Part shown: piece by piece, positions 8,697 through 17,786 of the stretch
Layout of the letters: the number at the start of each line of letters is the position of its first letter
Position numbering within the stretch: the first letter of the stretch is position 1
IMG/VR virus record: IMGVR_UViG_3300037781_000042
Coordinates: 1 to 64,000 of that record
Length of the DNA: 64,000 bases
Source: a virus
Taxonomy: Duplodnaviria; Caudoviricetes
Reading direction: 5' to 3' (one strand)
Position numbers and translations under genes: made by a program
Notes under the pieces: model-generated
Database searches by the model: none
What the model was told of the DNA's origin: nothing
The model's input: the letters and a program-made list of their open reading frames with translations, nothing else

Positions 8697-9982
8697 TGAA
8701 AGATATTTTAAAAGATTGTCCCGAAAAAGAAACTCTATTACATTTAGGAACTCTTGCTGAAGAAAATGGATTTGAAATTTATTTAGCGGGAGGATTCGTA
8801 AGAGATTCTTTATTAGGAATAGAAAGTAAAGATTACGATATTGGTGTTGTAGGAGATGCTTTGGAATTTACTAAAATTCTTGAAAAAGAATTAAAAGTAA
8901 GAGCAACTATATTTAAAAGATTTGGAACTTCTGTTATTTCTTATAAAGGAAATCAATATGAATTTGTAGGAACTAGAAAAGAAGAGTATGTAAAAGAATC
9001 TAGAAATCCTATAGTTAGTATTGGAACAATGGAAGATGATATTAATAGAAGAGATTTTACTATTAATAGTATGATTTATAAATTAAATCCAAATGTAAAA
9101 GATAGACTTATTGATTTACATAATGGTCAAGAAGATTTAAAATATCAATTTATTAGATGTGTAGGAGATCCTGAAGTAGTTTATTCCGATGATCCTTTGA
9201 GAATGTTAAGAGCTATTAGATTTTCAGTAAAATTAAATTTTGCAATTGAAGAAGATACTTATGATGCTATTAAAAAGTTATCGTCTAGAATAGAAATAAT
9301 TTCAACTGAAAGAATAGTAGTTGAATTTATGAAAATGTTAAAATCAGATTATCCTGTGTACGCTATTCAAATGCTAGAAGAATCTAACTTATTAAAATAT
9401 ATTCTTCCTGAAATAAGAGAAAATTTAGATGAAAGCCTTAAAGTTTTAGAATGGGTTAGTTTTAAATCTAAAGATGAATATTTAAGATTAATATCTTTAT
9501 TAACTGTTATTGATAAAAGAAAGATTTTGGATATTTATAAAAGATTAAAATTTTCTAAAAGAGAAAGATTTAGAGCAGTAGATCTTTTAAATATGTTAAG
9601 TGCTTTTTCATCTTCTAAAAGACCTCCATTAAATATTTGTAGAGAACTTTTAATTAACAATAATTCTAGAAAAATAAAAGATTTAATTAAGCTTTTAAAA
9701 GTAGTATGTTTATTAAAAACAAATCCGTTAAAGAAACATTTAGAAATGATTCATTATTTAATAGATGAAAATGACTCTGGAAAATTTTATAATGTACATG
9801 AAAATATTTCAGGAGATTTCATAATGAATAGATTTAATGTTGAAACTGGACCAGAAATTGGTAAAATAAAAAAACATATTATAGAACAAATAATATCTGA
9901 TAATTTAGGAACTTCAAAAGAAGATATTGAAAAGTATATTGATGACAATATAGAAAAAATTAAAACTTTACCTATTAAATAG
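8696..9982 (+). CDS. cca: Class II tRNA nucleotidyltransferase (CCA-adding enzyme)
   Basis: GGFVRDSLLG..DYDI, RKEEY flexible loop, DDINRRDFTINS and DDPLRMLRAIRF. It has KRFGT rather than the poly(A)-polymerase signature. Confidence 0.85.
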   Translation: MKDILKDCPEKETLLHLGTLAEENGFEIYLAGGFVRDSLLGIESKDYDIGVVGDALEFTKILEKELKVRATIFKRFGTSVISYKGNQYEFVGTRKEEYVKESRNPIVSIGTMEDDINRRDFTINSMIYKLNPNVKDRLIDLHNGQEDLKYQFIRCVGDPEVVYSDDPLRMLRAIRFSVKLNFAIEEDTYDAIKKLSSRIEIISTERIVVEFMKMLKSDYPVYAIQMLEESNLLKYILPEIRENLDESLKVLEWVSFKSKDEYLRLISLLTVIDKRKILDIYKRLKFSKRERFRAVDLLNMLSAFSSSKRPPLNICRELLINNNSRKIKDLIKLLKVVCLLKTNPLKKHLEMIHYLIDENDSGKFYNVHENISGDFIMNRFNVETGPEIGKIKKHIIEQIISDNLGTSKEDIEKYIDDNIEKIKTLPIK

Positions 9983-9990
9983 GATATAAT
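9962..9990 (+). promoter_or_regulatory. Putative middle promoter AAAACT-N17-TATAAT
   Basis: Exact hexamers with a 17-nt spacer, overlapping the end of cca. Confidence 0.55.
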
Positions 9991-9995
9991 TAAAT

Positions 9996-10433
9996 ATGTT
10001 AATTAGTAAAGATTTATATAAAAAGATATTCATTAAGAAAATAAAGAATATTCAAGAAGTTGAAAGTATTATTTCTAAAATGAATGAATTCGGAATTTTA
10101 TTAGATCATGATTTAACAAGTTCTGACAGTGTTATTAAACTTTTAGTATTAATATCAGGAACTTCTGAAGTTAAAAATTTAGAAGATTTAATATATTGGT
10201 GGATCTTTGAAGATGTAGAAAAGAATCTCTATGATAGTAATACTGGTGAAGTAATCTATAATTTAACAGAACTTGAAGATTTTGCAAATTATGTAGTAGA
10301 AAATTTATTTGATAATAGAGTAAAGGTATCAGAAGAATACGAAAGAAATATAGAACATTTATTCTTTTATAAATGTTCTGGTGAAGTTGTCGATTTTTTA
10401 AATGATATTTTTATTAATGGAGATAAAATCTAA
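9996..10433 (+). CDS. Hypothetical protein
   Basis: 145-aa ORF immediately followed by the RNA ligase ATG. Confidence 0.7.
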   Translation: MLISKDLYKKIFIKKIKNIQEVESIISKMNEFGILLDHDLTSSDSVIKLLVLISGTSEVKNLEDLIYWWIFEDVEKNLYDSNTGEVIYNLTELEDFANYVVENLFDNRVKVSEEYERNIEHLFFYKCSGEVVDFLNDIFINGDKI

Positions 10434-11435
10434 ATGGAAAGAAAATTAGCTTCAGTTAGAACAATTAAAAATAAAGAACCTATTGAAGGTGCTGATAGAA
10501 TAGAATTAGTACATGTAGATGGATGGAAATGTGTTTCTAAAAAAGATGAATTTGAAATAGGAGATAAATGTATCTATTTTGAAATTGATTCTTTTCTACC
10601 TATAGAAGATCAATTTGAATTTCTTAGAAAGTCTTGCTATAAAAATAACTCTGTAGTAGGAGAAGGATTTAGAATAAAAACAATTCGGCTTCGGGGACAA
10701 ATCTCTCAGGGGCTTGTAATTCCAATTCCGGATGAATATAAAGAACTTGAAGAAGATACCGATTTAACTGAAGAATTAGGTGTTAAGAAATATGAACTTC
10801 CTGAAAGGTTTGGTGTTACTGATCGTAAAGGGAATTTTCCAATTGAAATCCCGAAGACTGATGAAAATAGAATTCAAAACTTAAAATCTAATAGAAATAA
10901 TTGGATGAAAGAAGAAGTAGAATATATCATCACAGAAAAATGTGAGGGTAGTTCAATGACAGTCTTTTTAAATAATGATCAGTATGGAGTATGTTCTAGA
11001 AATATGTTGTTAAATGAAGATGGTGAAGGCATATTTTCTAGAGTTGCTAGAGAATTAAATTTAAAAGAATGTTTGATTAATTATGGACATAATATTGCAA
11101 TTCAAGGTGAATTGATAGGACCTGGAGTCCAAGGAAATTATTACGATCTTAAAAAACACGAATTTAGGGTATTTAATATTTTTGATATAGATACTAGATT
11201 ATATTTGAGATGGGATGATGTTGAAAAGATATGTGAAGATTACAATTTACAAACAGTCCCTGTACTTGAGAAAAGAGTTTTAGTTATTGATGGAATGCAA
11301 GAAGAGATTCTAAAATATGCAGATGGTAATAGCATGCTTGTAAATAAGCCTAGAGAAGGCGTAGTATTTAAAACTCACGACAATTCTATTTCTTTTAAAG
11401 CTATAAATAATGAATATTTATTAAATGGAAAATAG
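10434..11435 (+). CDS. RNA ligase, DRB0094-like (Rnl2-type with N-terminal OB domain)
   Basis: MERKLASV..I..IEGADRIE...VDGWKCV..K.EF..GD.CIYFEID, RLRGQISQGL, adenylation motif TEKCEGSS, IQGELIGPGVQGN, REGVVFK and SFKAINNEYLL. Confidence 0.85.
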   Translation: MERKLASVRTIKNKEPIEGADRIELVHVDGWKCVSKKDEFEIGDKCIYFEIDSFLPIEDQFEFLRKSCYKNNSVVGEGFRIKTIRLRGQISQGLVIPIPDEYKELEEDTDLTEELGVKKYELPERFGVTDRKGNFPIEIPKTDENRIQNLKSNRNNWMKEEVEYIITEKCEGSSMTVFLNNDQYGVCSRNMLLNEDGEGIFSRVARELNLKECLINYGHNIAIQGELIGPGVQGNYYDLKKHEFRVFNIFDIDTRLYLRWDDVEKICEDYNLQTVPVLEKRVLVIDGMQEEILKYADGNSMLVNKPREGVVFKTHDNSISFKAINNEYLLNGK

Positions 11436-11985
11436 TGTAGAAATATGGACAGATGGTTCATGTCCTATGAATAGAGGTTCTAATCCTGGTGGATGGGCCT
11501 CTATTTTAGTTATTCCTGAGTCGAGATGGGAAACTATTGAAGAAAATCTAAGTATAAATTATAATAAAGAAGACAAAAAAACTTATAAATGTCTTGAAAT
11601 TTCTGGAAATGATGATACTACAACTTCTAATAGAATGGAGTTAACAGCAGTAATTGAAGGAATTAAGAAAGCTTTAGAATTAGGTTTTGAAGAAATTTTA
11701 GTTTTTAGTGATTCGGAATATACTGTAAAATCTGCAATGGTTTGGTCATTAAAATGGGCAAAAAATAAATGGCATAAAAAAATTAAAAATAAAGATCTTA
11801 TGAAAGAACTTTATACTTTATGTTCAGAAAATAATGTTAAAGTTGAATGGGTAAAAGCAAGAGATGGAAATTTTTTTAACGAAAGAGCAGATGAGTTAGC
11901 AAGAGAAGAAGCTGCTAAATTAAATGAAGAACCTGAAGAGGAAAATGAATGGATAAAAATAGATATGAACAATACTTTTATTTAA
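11425..11985 (+). CDS. rnhA: Ribonuclease HI
   Basis: DEDD set: WTDGSC, NRMELTAVI, SDSEY and NERADELA. WVKAR replaces the usual WVKAH. Confidence 0.85.
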   Translation: MENSVEIWTDGSCPMNRGSNPGGWASILVIPESRWETIEENLSINYNKEDKKTYKCLEISGNDDTTTSNRMELTAVIEGIKKALELGFEEILVFSDSEYTVKSAMVWSLKWAKNKWHKKIKNKDLMKELYTLCSENNVKVEWVKARDGNFFNERADELAREEAAKLNEEPEEENEWIKIDMNNTFI

Positions 11986-12395
11986 AGACCCATGAAGATT
12001 TGGTAAAATTTGTAAAAATGTGTCTTCAGTATAATATGAAAATAGAACCCATAGAAGATGGACGTTCTTTTGAAGAGTATTATTTACAGAAACATCAAGA
12101 TCACGATGGTAACTATCCAATGGATTATAATCGTACTAGTACAGAAGAACATTTTAATAAATATGGATGGAGAGACGCGTTAGAAATGTATTGGAATCCT
12201 GACATTCAAATTTGGGAATCTAAATATAAGAGAATGTTTTTTGCGTCAGATATAAGCAATCAAAGTTTCAGTGTTATGAACTCTGCTTCAAAAATTACTA
12301 ACGAAAAATTATTGTCTACAGAAGAAGGAAGTTTAATACCTAAAGAAATAGATTTCGATAAATATCTTGAACAGTTTAATAAAGAAGAAGTATGA
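11949..12395 (+). CDS. Hypothetical protein
   Basis: 148-aa ORF overlapping both neighbours. Confidence 0.65.
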   Translation: MDKNRYEQYFYLKTHEDLVKFVKMCLQYNMKIEPIEDGRSFEEYYLQKHQDHDGNYPMDYNRTSTEEHFNKYGWRDALEMYWNPDIQIWESKYKRMFFASDISNQSFSVMNSASKITNEKLLSTEEGSLIPKEIDFDKYLEQFNKEEV

Positions 12396-12796
12396 ACTTA
12401 AAAGAATTTAAACAAGCATTTTTTGGATCAGATGCTCAATATGAAGCATTGACTGATAAAGATAAAAATGCAAATAGATTTATGATAAATAGAATGATAG
12501 CAACACGTTATCCTTTAATTTCTAATTTTGTAAATTCTATAGGAACAGATGGAGCCGTTGTTGTAGATACTCTTAGAAAGTTTTGTAAAGAACGAGGCAT
12601 TTCTAATTTACCTTATGTTCCTACAAAAAAGAATACTGATAAAAAGAAATTTGATTGGTACCCTAAAAACAAGGAAATTTTAAAAAGATATTGTAATCAT
12701 CACCAAATAGCACTTAAAGAATTTGATGAAAGGTTAAAATGGAATCCAATAGAAACAAAAAATGAATTTACAGATTTTGAAAAAATCTTTAAATAG
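12392..12796 (+). CDS. Hypothetical protein, possibly clamp-loader small subunit (gp62-like)
   Basis: RFMINRMIA...ISNFVN weakly resembles the T4 gp62 FMxNR motif. Size fits. Confidence 0.4.
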   Translation: MNLKEFKQAFFGSDAQYEALTDKDKNANRFMINRMIATRYPLISNFVNSIGTDGAVVVDTLRKFCKERGISNLPYVPTKKNTDKKKFDWYPKNKEILKRYCNHHQIALKEFDERLKWNPIETKNEFTDFEKIFK

Positions 12797-12842
12797 AAAT
12801 TTTGTTATATAGATTATCTATGAACAAAAAATATGAAAATAA

Positions 12843-14414
12843 TTGAAAGTAAGACTTACAGCAGATAAAAATTTAATTTACGTTGAACAAGCAACTGAAT
12901 TCGAGTTGCGCCAACTTAGATTATCTTTTAATGTTAGAATTAGAAATCATTGGAATCATCCTAAAGTAAAAGCAAAAATTTGGGATGGTTATTTTAATTT
13001 TTTCAAAAAGGATAAGTATATTCCAGTCGGTCTATGGAAAAAACTATTAGACATTTGCGACAAATACAATATTACAATTAATAAGAATTTTGTAAATGAT
13101 ATTCGAGATTCTTCTATTAAAAAAGAAGATATAGAAGAATATTTTAAAGTGTTCTTTGATGGAAATAAATATCAGCCTAGAAAATATCAAAACGAAGCTG
13201 TTTATATGTTTTCTAAATATAAAAGAATAGTTGCTGAAATGGCAACTTCCGCCGGGAAAACTTTAATAATTTATATGGTCTTTCAATATATCAATCATTT
13301 AATGAAGCTCAGAGATGAAGAAAACTTTAAGATGTTGATTATAGTACCTAATATTCAATTAGTGACTCAGACGTTTCAGGATTGGCTAGATTATGATGCA
13401 GGTAAAGATTCATTTAGAGCTTTAATGGTATCAGGGGAAACTGATCATAAAGATAGAAGCTTAGATGAATATGATGTAGTAATTGGAACGTTTCAATCTT
13501 TATCTAAAAAGCCTAAAGATTGGTTTTCTGTTTTTGAATGTGTTTTTGTAGATGAATCACAAAGCGCTGGAGCCGTTTCTTTAAAGAATATTTTAACTAA
13601 GTGTGATAGAGCAGAATATAAATTAGGAATTTCAGGAACTACTAAAATAAAAGGAGATGATGCAGAATCTTTCGGGATTCAAGAACATCTTGGTCCTTTA
13701 CTTTATAAAATAAGTCCTGATCATTTAATTAAAAATGATTTTGCTACTCCTGTAAATGTAAAAGTATTTAGACTTTCTTATTTAGATAATGAGAATAGAC
13801 AAGGAATAGGAAAACTTGCAAATAGAAAAAGTTTTGATAAAGCTAAGTTATTATCTTTAGAAAAAGATTTAGCAATAGAATCTAAAAAGAGATTAAAATT
13901 TATTTTAAGTCTTTTACAGAAAACAAAAAATAATGCTTTGGTTCTTTTTGGAAGCGTAGAGAAAGGATATGGAAAAAAGATAAAAGATACTTTAAGAGAA
14001 ATGACTTCCGAAAAAGAAGTTTATTATGTAGACGGAGGAACTCCTTCAGAAAATAGAAATGAATATAAAAAGTTGATGGAAGAAGGAGATAATAAAATTT
14101 TAGTCGCTTCTTTTGGAACCTTTGCAACAGGAATTTCTATTAAAAATTTACATTATGTTTTCTTAGTTGAATCATTTAAATCAGAGACTATTATAAAACA
14201 AAGTATTGGTCGTGGTATGAGACAATTAGATGGTAAAGATAAAGTAGTTATAGTTGATATTGTAGATGATTATAGAGTTTTAGAAGAAAGAAACGGAAAA
14301 ACATATTTAAAGAAAGGACAAAAACCCAACTATTTGTATAAACAGGGTGGCGAAAGATTAGACATATATAAATCAGAAGGTTATCCAATTAAAGTTTATA
14401 AGGTATCTTTATGA
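12843..14414 (+). CDS. uvsW: UvsW-like SF2 DNA helicase
   Basis: PRKYQNEAV, ATSAGKTLII, VFVDESQ, GISGT, TFATGISIKNLH and QSIGRGMR. TTG start, with a TATATAG late-motif variant at 12806-12812. Confidence 0.9.
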   Translation: MKVRLTADKNLIYVEQATEFELRQLRLSFNVRIRNHWNHPKVKAKIWDGYFNFFKKDKYIPVGLWKKLLDICDKYNITINKNFVNDIRDSSIKKEDIEEYFKVFFDGNKYQPRKYQNEAVYMFSKYKRIVAEMATSAGKTLIIYMVFQYINHLMKLRDEENFKMLIIVPNIQLVTQTFQDWLDYDAGKDSFRALMVSGETDHKDRSLDEYDVVIGTFQSLSKKPKDWFSVFECVFVDESQSAGAVSLKNILTKCDRAEYKLGISGTTKIKGDDAESFGIQEHLGPLLYKISPDHLIKNDFATPVNVKVFRLSYLDNENRQGIGKLANRKSFDKAKLLSLEKDLAIESKKRLKFILSLLQKTKNNALVLFGSVEKGYGKKIKDTLREMTSEKEVYYVDGGTPSENRNEYKKLMEEGDNKILVASFGTFATGISIKNLHYVFLVESFKSETIIKQSIGRGMRQLDGKDKVVIVDIVDDYRVLEERNGKTYLKKGQKPNYLYKQGGERLDIYKSEGYPIKVYKVSL

Positions 14415-14779
14415 GTGAAAAAATAGAATACTCTATATTCTCTAATAATTTTAAAAATGAAAAAGTTTTTTCATCTGATAAATTAGGAGATATTACATTT
14501 AAATGGAATATAGAAAAAGTATCTCAATTAAAAATTTTAAGATTTCAAATAGATAATCTTACCGAAATTTTTGAAGTTGAATATGATACGATTTTAAACG
14601 AGGCTCATTATAATAATTTAAACGAATATTTTTTAGATGTAATACAAATGCTTGTACATCAAGTAGAATATTTAAAAGAAGGTGAATATTCAGAAGTTAT
14701 AGATGAAGAGGATATTCAATTTTTAAAACATTTCGAAAACAAATATGATATTAAACACACGCAAGGTGATTTCAAATGA
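14411..14779 (+). CDS. Hypothetical protein
   Basis: 122-aa ORF with overlaps to both neighbours. Confidence 0.7.
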   Translation: MSEKIEYSIFSNNFKNEKVFSSDKLGDITFKWNIEKVSQLKILRFQIDNLTEIFEVEYDTILNEAHYNNLNEYFLDVIQMLVHQVEYLKEGEYSEVIDEEDIQFLKHFENKYDIKHTQGDFK

Positions 14780-15453
14780 TAACAAATGATCAAGCCATAA
14801 ATATTTGGGGACAAATATCTGGTAAAAGTTATGAATATCTATCTGGTAAATTTAAGGGTAGAATAGTAAAAGCAAAAGAATGGGAAATTAGAAGACATGT
14901 TTTATTTATTAAAATGTCTGATGGACAGATGATCAATTATGATCAATTCTATCAAATAGTTCAAGAATCCCAAAAGGTTGCTCAAGAACCTTCAGAATCA
15001 GGAGTATCTCAAAGAGAAATGTATGATTCTGGAGGAGAAACTCCGGTAACAGAAGAACAAACAAATTCTCAAAAAACAAGTCAAAGATTTAATATTCCTG
15101 ATTTAGATCCAAGTGGTTATGTTCCTAAACCTGCTCCTAAACCTGTAAAAGAAATAAATCCTATTCATACTATTTTAGAAAAAGCTCCTAAAATAGAACA
15201 AGAAACTATACCAATTGAAATAAAAATTGATATAGTAAATGATGATGTTTTAAAACTTTTAGAAATAACTTTTCCAGAAGAGGCTTATCGGGAAACTATT
15301 TCGTTTTATAAGGATAAAATAAATATAAATTCAATTAAAGATTCAATAGAATCATCATTAGCAAAATATTTAGTAAATAAGTTTTCTACCGTAGACGAAT
15401 CAGCAGTTACTGAATTTGAAGATGGAATAGAAGGAGTTATAGAGGAAGATTAA
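14776..15453 (+). CDS. Hypothetical protein
   Basis: 225-aa ORF. Confidence 0.7.
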   Translation: MITNDQAINIWGQISGKSYEYLSGKFKGRIVKAKEWEIRRHVLFIKMSDGQMINYDQFYQIVQESQKVAQEPSESGVSQREMYDSGGETPVTEEQTNSQKTSQRFNIPDLDPSGYVPKPAPKPVKEINPIHTILEKAPKIEQETIPIEIKIDIVNDDVLKLLEITFPEEAYRETISFYKDKININSIKDSIESSLAKYLVNKFSTVDESAVTEFEDGIEGVIEED

Positions 15454-15607
15454 ATGAAATTATTTTTAAAAGTACTTGGTTTTTTAGCATCTATAATAGT
15501 TACTTTTGTATTTGTTATCGGTTTTATTTTTTTTTTTTTGGATATTGGCTTTTCTTATAGGAAAAGATTTTGCAATTTACTTATATGATTTAATGTTAAC
15601 AGTATGA
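15454..15607 (+). CDS. Small membrane peptide interrupted or altered by a T13 homopolymer
   Basis: ATG directly follows the previous TAA. As written it gives 44 aa, ending at 15588. With one T fewer it gives 50 aa and ends in an ATGA overlap with ORF 15604. Confidence 0.5.
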
Positions 15608-15846
15608 ACCTAGACGATTTAAATGAATTAGAAGAATACGAAAAAGAAGAAGTAGAAGTAGTTAATAAAATGATTTGGGAAAAAATTGTACTTGCTCCCA
15701 AAAAGAAAAAAGAAAAAAATAAAATTAAAGCTAAGATGTCTTTCGGGAAACCTAGAAAGAAAAATATTAGAGAAGAAGTTTCAGTAAAAGAAATAAAGAA
15801 AAATAGAAATGGATCAAACACAAGAACAGAAGATAGCCTCTTTTGA
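15604..15846 (+). CDS. Small basic hypothetical protein
   Basis: 80-aa K-rich ORF. Confidence 0.55.
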   Translation: MNLDDLNELEEYEKEEVEVVNKMIWEKIVLAPKKKKEKNKIKAKMSFGKPRKKNIREEVSVKEIKKNRNGSNTRTEDSLF

Positions 15847-16291
15847 CGATGTACCTGAAGTTACTCAAGAAAAGAAAGAATCGTTAGAAGAAAAATTTAC
15901 AAAAGAAAGAACTGTATGGAAAAATAAAATAGAAGCATGGTCTAATCTTTTTTCTAATATTGAAAAAATACCAGAACTTCAAGTTCAGCTATTTTCTGCA
16001 CAAGGACAACTTGCTGATTATAAAGCAAAACTTGGAATGTTTTATAGTAAAATGAACAATAAGTTTAGAGAAAAGAAAAGCAATACAATTAAAACAATTT
16101 CTGATAATCCTGTCAGACACACTGCTCCAGAAAAAGCAGCTCTTTTAGAAGGCGCTTTAAAAGATGATTTATTTAAAATGGAACTTATAAGTAGTCATAT
16201 AGATTTTATTGATGCTATTTATGATACTATTAAAAATATGACTTATGGTGTGAAATATAGGGTAGAACTTTCTAATAAGTTAGAAGTTTAA
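15809..16291 (+). CDS. uvsY: UvsY-like recombination mediator
   Basis: All-helical 160-aa protein. C-terminal IDFIDAIYDTIKNMTYGVKYRVEL resembles UvsY, and it lies just downstream of uvsW as in T4-like phages. Confidence 0.5.
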   Translation: MDQTQEQKIASFDDVPEVTQEKKESLEEKFTKERTVWKNKIEAWSNLFSNIEKIPELQVQLFSAQGQLADYKAKLGMFYSKMNNKFREKKSNTIKTISDNPVRHTAPEKAALLEGALKDDLFKMELISSHIDFIDAIYDTIKNMTYGVKYRVELSNKLEV

Positions 16292-16323
16292 AGTTAGTTG
16301 ATTTGTCATATCAACCTCCTCGG

Positions 16324-16361
16324 CTCCGTATCTAAAATTTAATGCAGGTACGGAGTTTTTT
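16324..16361 (+). terminator. Rho-independent terminator
   Basis: ctccgtatct / aggtacggag stem followed by a T run. Confidence 0.65.
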
Positions 16362-16376
16362 ATTTTAAATATGTAG

Positions 16377-16385
16377 AATATATAG
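16377..16385 (+). promoter_or_regulatory. Putative late promoter AATATATAG
   Basis: Exact motif between the terminator and the neck gene. Confidence 0.65.
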
Positions 16386-16408
16386 TTTATAATCTAGATT
16401 TTTTAAAA

Positions 16409-17137
16409 ATGGAAAGAACAGAACTCATACAAGATACTCAACAGTTTCTTACTTCAGGTGGCGGAATACCTACCAAATTAAACGAAAAAGAAATCAACAG
16501 AATAATAGACGATTCTTTAAGATGGTTTTATAAAGAATATGATGAAGCTCTAGAGCCTAAATATTTTGTCGTTCCTCAATCATATTTCGAAACAAGTCAA
16601 TTTAAAACAACAAGAAAGGTGCCACTTCCAGATTGTGTTGTTTGGGTAGCTGAATGCAAAGAAGCTTATAATGTAAGTAGATTTCAATATGGGGATAGAG
16701 ATGTTCCTATTTCAAGAATGATAGCAGCTGATATTTATTTAGGATCTTATGCTTCTGATGATTTAACAAATCGTGTAGCATTTGCTTCTTATTATGATTT
16801 AGCAAAAGCATTTTTAAAAGATTGGACAAGATATGAATATTTAGATAATACAAACGAGTTAGTTATTGAAGGGGGAGAACCTAGAGAAAATTTAGCTTTA
16901 TTAACACATGCTAAAATTGAAGAAACTGCTTTATTTGATGATTATCTTTTTATAGATTATGTACGTGGAAAATGTATGGAAAGTCTTGGGAGAATGATAG
17001 GTTTTTTCCAAATGAATTTAGTAGGAGGAGCAAGTATAAATGCAAATGCTATTGAATCTAGAGGAAAAGAAATGGTTCAAGAAGTAATAGATAAAATAGA
17101 AAAACTACAACCACATAACTATGTACAATTCTGGTAA
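16409..17137 (+). CDS. gp13: Neck protein (T4 gp13-like)
   Basis: RIIDDSLRWFYKEYDEA near the N-terminus and LVGGASINANAIESRGKEMVQEVI at the C-terminus match the gp13 pattern. Confidence 0.7.
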   Translation: MERTELIQDTQQFLTSGGGIPTKLNEKEINRIIDDSLRWFYKEYDEALEPKYFVVPQSYFETSQFKTTRKVPLPDCVVWVAECKEAYNVSRFQYGDRDVPISRMIAADIYLGSYASDDLTNRVAFASYYDLAKAFLKDWTRYEYLDNTNELVIEGGEPRENLALLTHAKIEETALFDDYLFIDYVRGKCMESLGRMIGFFQMNLVGGASINANAIESRGKEMVQEVIDKIEKLQPHNYVQFW

Positions 17138-17138
17138 A

Positions 17139-17786
17139 ATGAATAAAGAATTTAAGACATATAAAGAATTTGTAAATGAATCTAACGGATTTAATTTTGA
17201 TATAAAAAAATTGAGAGATGATACTATAGAAATGTTGGAACAATCTCCTGAAGGTTTTTATGTTGATTACGCAGAAGAATTTTTTCAAACGAACGGAGAT
17301 ATTTGGAACGAGTTGCAAGAAAGTTCTACAGAGGATCCTGAAGAAGTATTTGATTTTATAGTAGATAATCATTTAGAGACTTTACAATATTTCATTGAAG
17401 CTACAATAGAAGAATATCTTTATGATTTAGAAAAATATACCAAAGATTCAAACATTATTATTTATAGAGAAATTTCATGCGACGATAAGTTTTTAGAAGA
17501 ACTAAAAGAAGGAAAGGTTGAAAAACTAGGAATTTATTGGTCTTTTGAAGAGGACGCTGCTGAAGCGCATTGGGCTAAAGCGGGACATAATAGAAAAATT
17601 TTATTTGTTGCTAAAGTAAATGGTAAATATATTGACGAAGAAGGAACTTTAACTTCATGGTTACATCCTTATACAGGAAAGGAAGAAAGAGAATTAAGAA
17701 TTATAGAAGGTTCTCCTGTTTCTTTAATTGAAGTTAAAGAAGGACAAAAGAAAATAGAATTTAAAAATAAGGAATATAGAGCTTAA
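17139..17786 (+). CDS. ADP-ribosyltransferase-like protein (R-S-E type) with a capsid-targeting-like N-terminus
   Basis: IIIYREIS (R), GIYWSF (S) and EERELRI (ExE). The likely start is ATG 17139 (MNKEFKTYKEFVNE), just after the neck gene stop. Confidence 0.55.
   Translation: MNKEFKTYKEFVNESNGFNFDIKKLRDDTIEMLEQSPEGFYVDYAEEFFQTNGDIWNELQESSTEDPEEVFDFIVDNHLETLQYFIEATIEEYLYDLEKYTKDSNIIIYREISCDDKFLEELKEGKVEKLGIYWSFEEDAAEAHWAKAGHNRKILFVAKVNGKYIDEEGTLTSWLHPYTGKEERELRIIEGSPVSLIEVKEGQKKIEFKNKEYRA

Noticed and set aside
8696-9982. Poly(A) polymerase PcnB
   Set aside because: It lacks the PAP-specific G(R/K)(R/K)F-x-hh-H signature and has the CCA-type KRFGT and RxExY loop.
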